Below, in pieces: positions 60,443 to 64,000 of a DNA stretch of 64,000 nt (positions are counted from its first letter, which is position 1; every line of letters begins with the position of its first letter). The translations under genes were made by a program, and so were the position numbers. This stretch comes from an uncultured Gammaproteobacteria bacterium (GTDB lineage: Bacteria; Patescibacteriota; Microgenomatia; Levybacterales; GWA1-39-11): assembly GCA_964406795.1 (NCBI GenBank), contig CAYOTA010000005.1, positions 14,235 to 78,234 of the forward strand. The letters are read 5' to 3'. A model generated the notes under the pieces. It had not been told where the DNA came from. It made no database searches and saw nothing but the letters and a program-made list of their open reading frames with translations.

Positions 60443-61183
60443 ATGACACAAAAGCGCGAAAAATTAAGTGTTTCAAAACGTGAAGTATTAGGAAAAGAGG
60501 TTAGAAAACTACGTCGCGAAGGAATTTTACCTGCGAATATCTATGGTGCAGATTTTGAATCTACGGCTGTTTCACTCTTACTCAAAGACTTTAAATCAGT
60601 ATACGCTGTTGCTCGTGAAACTGGACTTGTTGACGTAGAATTAGACGGAAAAGTAGTTCCTGTTCTTATCAAGAATGTTCAAATAAACCCTTCCACTGAT
60701 GAAGTAGTTCATGCAGACTTCCACAAAGTTAACCTTCGTGAGAAAATTTCAGCAAAGATCCCAGTTGAGGCTGTAGGCGAGCCAAAAGCTGTTACTGACA
60801 AGATTGGTCTTTTGGAGCAGCCGGTAATGGAAATTGAAGTTGAAGCACTTCCAACTGATTTACCTGAAAAGATTGAAGTAAATGTAGAAAACTTGGCAGC
60901 TGTTGACGAGCAGGTATTAGTATCTGATCTTTCAGTTCCAGCAGGCGTTGAAGTGTTAACTGATGCCGCTCAAGTAGTCTTTAAGATTGGTGAGTTAGTT
61001 ACAAAAGAAATGGAAGAGCAAATGGCAGCTGACGAGGCTGCAACTGAAGAAGCAGCGGCTGAAGCAACTCCAGCCGAAGGTGAAGAAGGTAAATCAGAAG
61101 ATGGCGCTAATGGTGAGACTCCTTCCGAAGGTGAAAAAACAGAAGAAAAATCAGAAAACACAAAAGAAGCTACACAAGAATAA
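60443..61183 (+). CDS. rplY: 50S ribosomal protein L25 / general stress protein Ctc with acidic C-terminal extension
   Basis: LSVSKREVLGKEVRKLRREGILPANIYGADFESTAVSL. Confidence 0.8.
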   Translation: MTQKREKLSVSKREVLGKEVRKLRREGILPANIYGADFESTAVSLLLKDFKSVYAVARETGLVDVELDGKVVPVLIKNVQINPSTDEVVHADFHKVNLREKISAKIPVEAVGEPKAVTDKIGLLEQPVMEIEVEALPTDLPEKIEVNVENLAAVDEQVLVSDLSVPAGVEVLTDAAQVVFKIGELVTKEMEEQMAADEAATEEAAAEATPAEGEEGKSEDGANGETPSEGEKTEEKSENTKEATQE

Positions 61184-61184
61184 C

Positions 61185-61580
61185 CTACTCCCCTACTATT
61201 TTTTTCAATTCCTTGGCCGGTTCATAATTTTCATTTAAGATAAGCGCTTTTTGAATATAATCAGATGCTTTTTGAGTGTCTCCAAGTCTGGCTGCATGAA
61301 CAGCCGCGTTATAATATGCCTGGGGGTATGAAGGGTGTTTTGTGAATGCTTTTTCCCACCGCTTCAGTTGTGTAAGTTCCTGTGCCCTCTGTGCTTTGGC
61401 CGTGTTGTAAGCGTTAAACGCAAAATAAAGACCAAAGGATGAAAGCACTAAAAGTATGCCTATACATACCACCATTCCCATTAAAAGATTCTCCCGAATA
61501 CGTGCGGGAATCATGCGGTAAAAATGCGGTAATACTCTCTTTTCTTTTTCTTGTACTCCCATTTTTCTATTATACCTCAA
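61185..61580 (-). CDS. Small membrane protein with TPR-like repeat
   Basis: TM plus YYNAAVHAARLGDTQKASDYIQKALILN. Confidence 0.4.
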   Translation of the reverse strand: MRYNRKMGVQEKEKRVLPHFYRMIPARIRENLLMGMVVCIGILLVLSSFGLYFAFNAYNTAKAQRAQELTQLKRWEKAFTKHPSYPQAYYNAAVHAARLGDTQKASDYIQKALILNENYEPAKELKKIVGE

Positions 61581-61874
61581 AAATTGACATGTAAGAAAAA
61601 CAGGAGTATAGTACGTATTGAGGAGAGGCTTACGAAAGAATTTACGAGCGTGTAGATCCCGCTAAGCGGGAAAACGAGGAAGAAGGGTCCCGATTTAATC
61701 GGGACAATCGGACCTCCGATTAAATCGGAGAGTATTTGCGGAAACCTTCAGGTTGTGAATGTCAACCTTAATAGTTTTTTCAAACCTACTAGTAATAGTA
61801 GACACAAAGAAAAACTTATGCATTTTAAGCCCCATTATTCTCCTGAAGTAATTTTTTATATAACAACATAATCT
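61581..61874 (+). promoter_or_regulatory. Structured glmS 5' leader (candidate glmS ribozyme/riboswitch)
   Basis: Three consecutive hairpins CCCGCtaaGCGGG, CCCGAtttaaTCGGG and CTCCGAttaaaTCGGAG, plus an ACGAGGAAGAAGGG segment, upstream of glmS. Confidence 0.3.
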
Positions 61875-63635
61875 ATGTGTGGAATTTTTGGTTATATTGG
61901 ACACAAACATAACGCACCTGAAGTAATTCTGGAAGGTCTTTCTGTGCTTGAATACCGTGGGTATGATTCATGGGGCATAGCCATTAAAGACAAAGATGTA
62001 CTTGCCGTGGATAAACACGTAGGAAAAATTGGCAATGCCAAAACCTCTTTACCGGCTGCTACTATAGGGATTGGGCACACAAGATGGGCAACTCATGGAG
62101 GGGTAACTTGCGAAAACGCACATCCTCATCTTGACTGTACTAAAAGAATTGCAGTGGTGCACAATGGTATCGTGGAAAACTATAAGTCATTAAAAAACAT
62201 ACTTATTGAATCTGGACACACATTCTTATCAGATACTGACTCAGAAGTTATAGCCCATCTTATAGAAGAAAACCTTAAAAAAGATGAACTTTTTGAGGCA
62301 GTAAGAAGTGCATTTAACGCGTGTCAGGGGTTGTCAGCCATTGTTGTCCTGGACACAAAAAATGATGAGATTGTGGCAGCCAAAACCGGCTCACCGCTTA
62401 TTGTAGGTTTAGGAAATCAAGAATTTTTTATAGCCTCTGATATTTCAGCATTAGCACCTCATATTAAAGAGGCACTATACATAAAAGACCATGAGATGGT
62501 AGTGTTATCCCGCAACCACGTAAAGCTATATTCTCTTTTGACGGGTCAGGAGATTTCAGCCCAGGTGGAAGCAGTTGACTATGTGGTGGGTGACGACTCA
62601 ATGGGCTCATACAGCCATTTTATGATGAAAGAAATAGTGGAGCAGCCGGAAGTCTTACTGCGATCCGTAACCGATTTACCTGAGATTGAAAAATTGGCCA
62701 GTCTTATTAAAAGTAAACAGAAAACATTCTTTATTGCAGCGGGTACAGCACATCACGCGGCCTTAACTGGAGTACAAATGCTATCCCAACTAGCTTCAAT
62801 TTCTGTACGTACGCTGGTAGCCTCAGAATTTGCATATATAGAGTCTGAAATAGACTCACATAGTTTAATTGTTGCTTTTTCCCAAAGTGGGGAAACAATT
62901 GACGTTATAGAGCCGTTAAGCAGGGCTCACGAAAAAGGCGCTGTTATCGCAAGCATTGTAAATGCACCAGGTTCAACTATACAGCGCATGAGCGATGTGT
63001 CAATTTTGCTTCACGCGGGCCCTGAAAAATCAGTTGCATCCACCAAAGCATATACAGCAAAGTTGGGCGTTTTGCTTTGTCTCGTGTATATGCTTGCACA
63101 AAAAAAAGATGCCGCTGAATTACTAACGAAAATAGCGCAAGAAGAAAATAGAATACTTTTGCCTGAAAATACGGTAAAAATTCAACAATTAGCGCACAGG
63201 TTAAAAAACAATGATTTTATGTTTGCAATTGGACGGGGCATGTCATATCCTTCAGCGCTTGAAGCAGCACTCAAGATAAAAGAAGTATCCTACACTCATA
63301 TAGAAGGACTTCCTGGGGGAGAATTAAAACACGGATCAATTGCGTTAATTGAAAAAGGCACACCTTGTATTGTTTTTGCGCCTCACGATGATACATTTGC
63401 GTCTATTATTTCAAATGCGATGGAGATTAAAGCTCGCGGAGGGATGATTGTAGGCATAAGTCCTAAAAATTCAGAAGTATTTGATGAATATATAGAGGTA
63501 GCAGATTTAGGAATCGGAAGTATCTTGGCTCAGGTTTTGCCAGTACAGTTGTTAGCATATTACTTGGCACTAGAAAAAGGAGTTACTGACCCGGATAAGC
63601 CTCGGAATTTAGCCAAAAGCGTTACAGTTAAGTAA
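61875..63635 (+). CDS. glmS: Glutamine--fructose-6-phosphate aminotransferase GlmS
   Basis: N-terminal MCGIFGYIG (Cys2 nucleophile), two SIS domains, C-terminal ...AKSVTVK. Confidence 0.9.
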   Translation: MCGIFGYIGHKHNAPEVILEGLSVLEYRGYDSWGIAIKDKDVLAVDKHVGKIGNAKTSLPAATIGIGHTRWATHGGVTCENAHPHLDCTKRIAVVHNGIVENYKSLKNILIESGHTFLSDTDSEVIAHLIEENLKKDELFEAVRSAFNACQGLSAIVVLDTKNDEIVAAKTGSPLIVGLGNQEFFIASDISALAPHIKEALYIKDHEMVVLSRNHVKLYSLLTGQEISAQVEAVDYVVGDDSMGSYSHFMMKEIVEQPEVLLRSVTDLPEIEKLASLIKSKQKTFFIAAGTAHHAALTGVQMLSQLASISVRTLVASEFAYIESEIDSHSLIVAFSQSGETIDVIEPLSRAHEKGAVIASIVNAPGSTIQRMSDVSILLHAGPEKSVASTKAYTAKLGVLLCLVYMLAQKKDAAELLTKIAQEENRILLPENTVKIQQLAHRLKNNDFMFAIGRGMSYPSALEAALKIKEVSYTHIEGLPGGELKHGSIALIEKGTPCIVFAPHDDTFASIISNAMEIKARGGMIVGISPKNSEVFDEYIEVADLGIGSILAQVLPVQLLAYYLALEKGVTDPDKPRNLAKSVTVK

Positions 63636-63780
63636 TTCTTCGGCTTGCGTCGTTTCACTCCTAAAGCCAAGAAATCTAGCAAAATCTGTTACTGTAAAAT
63701 GATTTCTTGTCTTGCGGTGCTCGGCTCCGCCTGTGCTCCTTAAGCCACGCAACTTGGCAAAGAGTGTGACCGTAAAATAA
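63600..63780 (+). repeat. Three tandem copies of the glmS 3' terminus (PRNLAKSVTVK plus stop) with synonymous codon divergence
   Basis: Native copy at 63600-63635 (TAA). Copy at 63667-63702 (TGA). Copy at 63745-63780 (TAA). All encode PRNLAKSVTVK*. A weaker fourth GTTACTGT motif lies near 63848. Confidence 0.7.
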
Positions 63781-64000
63781 GAACCACTCGGCTTCTCCTC
63801 GGAACCTTGCTTTTTCTCATAGATTCGAAAAAGTAATTTTTTCTTGTCAGGTTACTGTCAAGCGGGTTTTTTAAGCGAGGTAAACAATATATAGTGTGAT
63901 AGGTCACGAGACATCGTTTTTAACGCCAGAAGTGTTTTCCGGACAGGTAAACGCTGAGTTTACCGCTGAATCAAAGTATGCCGGGTGGATTTCAGGCCCT

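Noticed and set aside
1-64000. CRISPR arrays and rRNA genes
   Set aside because: No regularly spaced identical direct repeats with unique spacers were seen, and no rRNA-like conserved stretches. The only tandem repeat found is the glmS-terminus array.

Overview
This is an AT-rich, gene-dense bacterial chromosomal segment. From gene content I infer a CPR/Patescibacteria-like organism: scattered type IV secretion-like parts, many small secreted or membrane proteins, four-helix-bundle proteins, and an intein-containing class II RNR. I did not test this taxonomic guess.

Housekeeping content:
- The replication origin neighbourhood carries dnaA and dnaN on the minus strand. An identical 14-nt DnaA-box-containing sequence, AATGTGGATAACTT, lies on both sides of dnaA.
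- Other core genes are ftsH, yidD, trpS, murD, murI, glmS, rplY (L25) and a 5'-3' exonuclease.
- smpB is followed immediately by a tmRNA on the same strand.
- An nrdR, nrdJ (B12-dependent, with a LAGLIDADG intein inside the NPCGE active-site motif) and PduO-type cobalamin adenosyltransferase cluster is present.

Accessory and unusual content:
1. A dispersed type IV secretion-like gene set:
   - a VirD4/TraG-like coupling ATPase;
   - a PrgI/VirB3-like protein;
   - a VirB4-like ATPase whose conserved N-terminal domain sits in a separate upstream ORF;
   - a 962-aa VirB1-like lytic transglycosylase with internal KYTPLG repeats;
   - a tandem array of four pilin-like paralogs. One is fused to a large Cys-rich ectodomain. 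One carries a C-terminal 6-Cys tail with beta-defensin-like spacing.
2. A tRNA island at about 54.6-60.4 kb. It contains tRNA-Ser(GGA), tRNA-Arg(CCG), tRNA-Ser(CGA) and tRNA-Arg(GCG), plus tRNA-Ser 3'- and 5'-end fragment duplicates that look like att-site relics. A tyrosine recombinase sits inside it. Two paralogous HTH-LAGLIDADG endonuclease-like genes bracket it. A group-I-intron-like R/S core lies on the strand opposite the second of these genes.
3. Immediately downstream of glmS, the last 11 codons plus stop (PRNLAKSVTVK*) recur twice more in tandem with almost exclusively synonymous codon differences. I read this as repeated site-specific recombination into the glmS 3' end.
4. An fpg/mutM gene that is frameshifted within an (AC)n run.
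5. A tRNA-Ser whose hand-folded anticodon reads ACU.
6. A tRNA-Ile with a UAU anticodon.

All calls rest on manual reading of the ORF translations and hand-folding of RNAs. No database searches were run.
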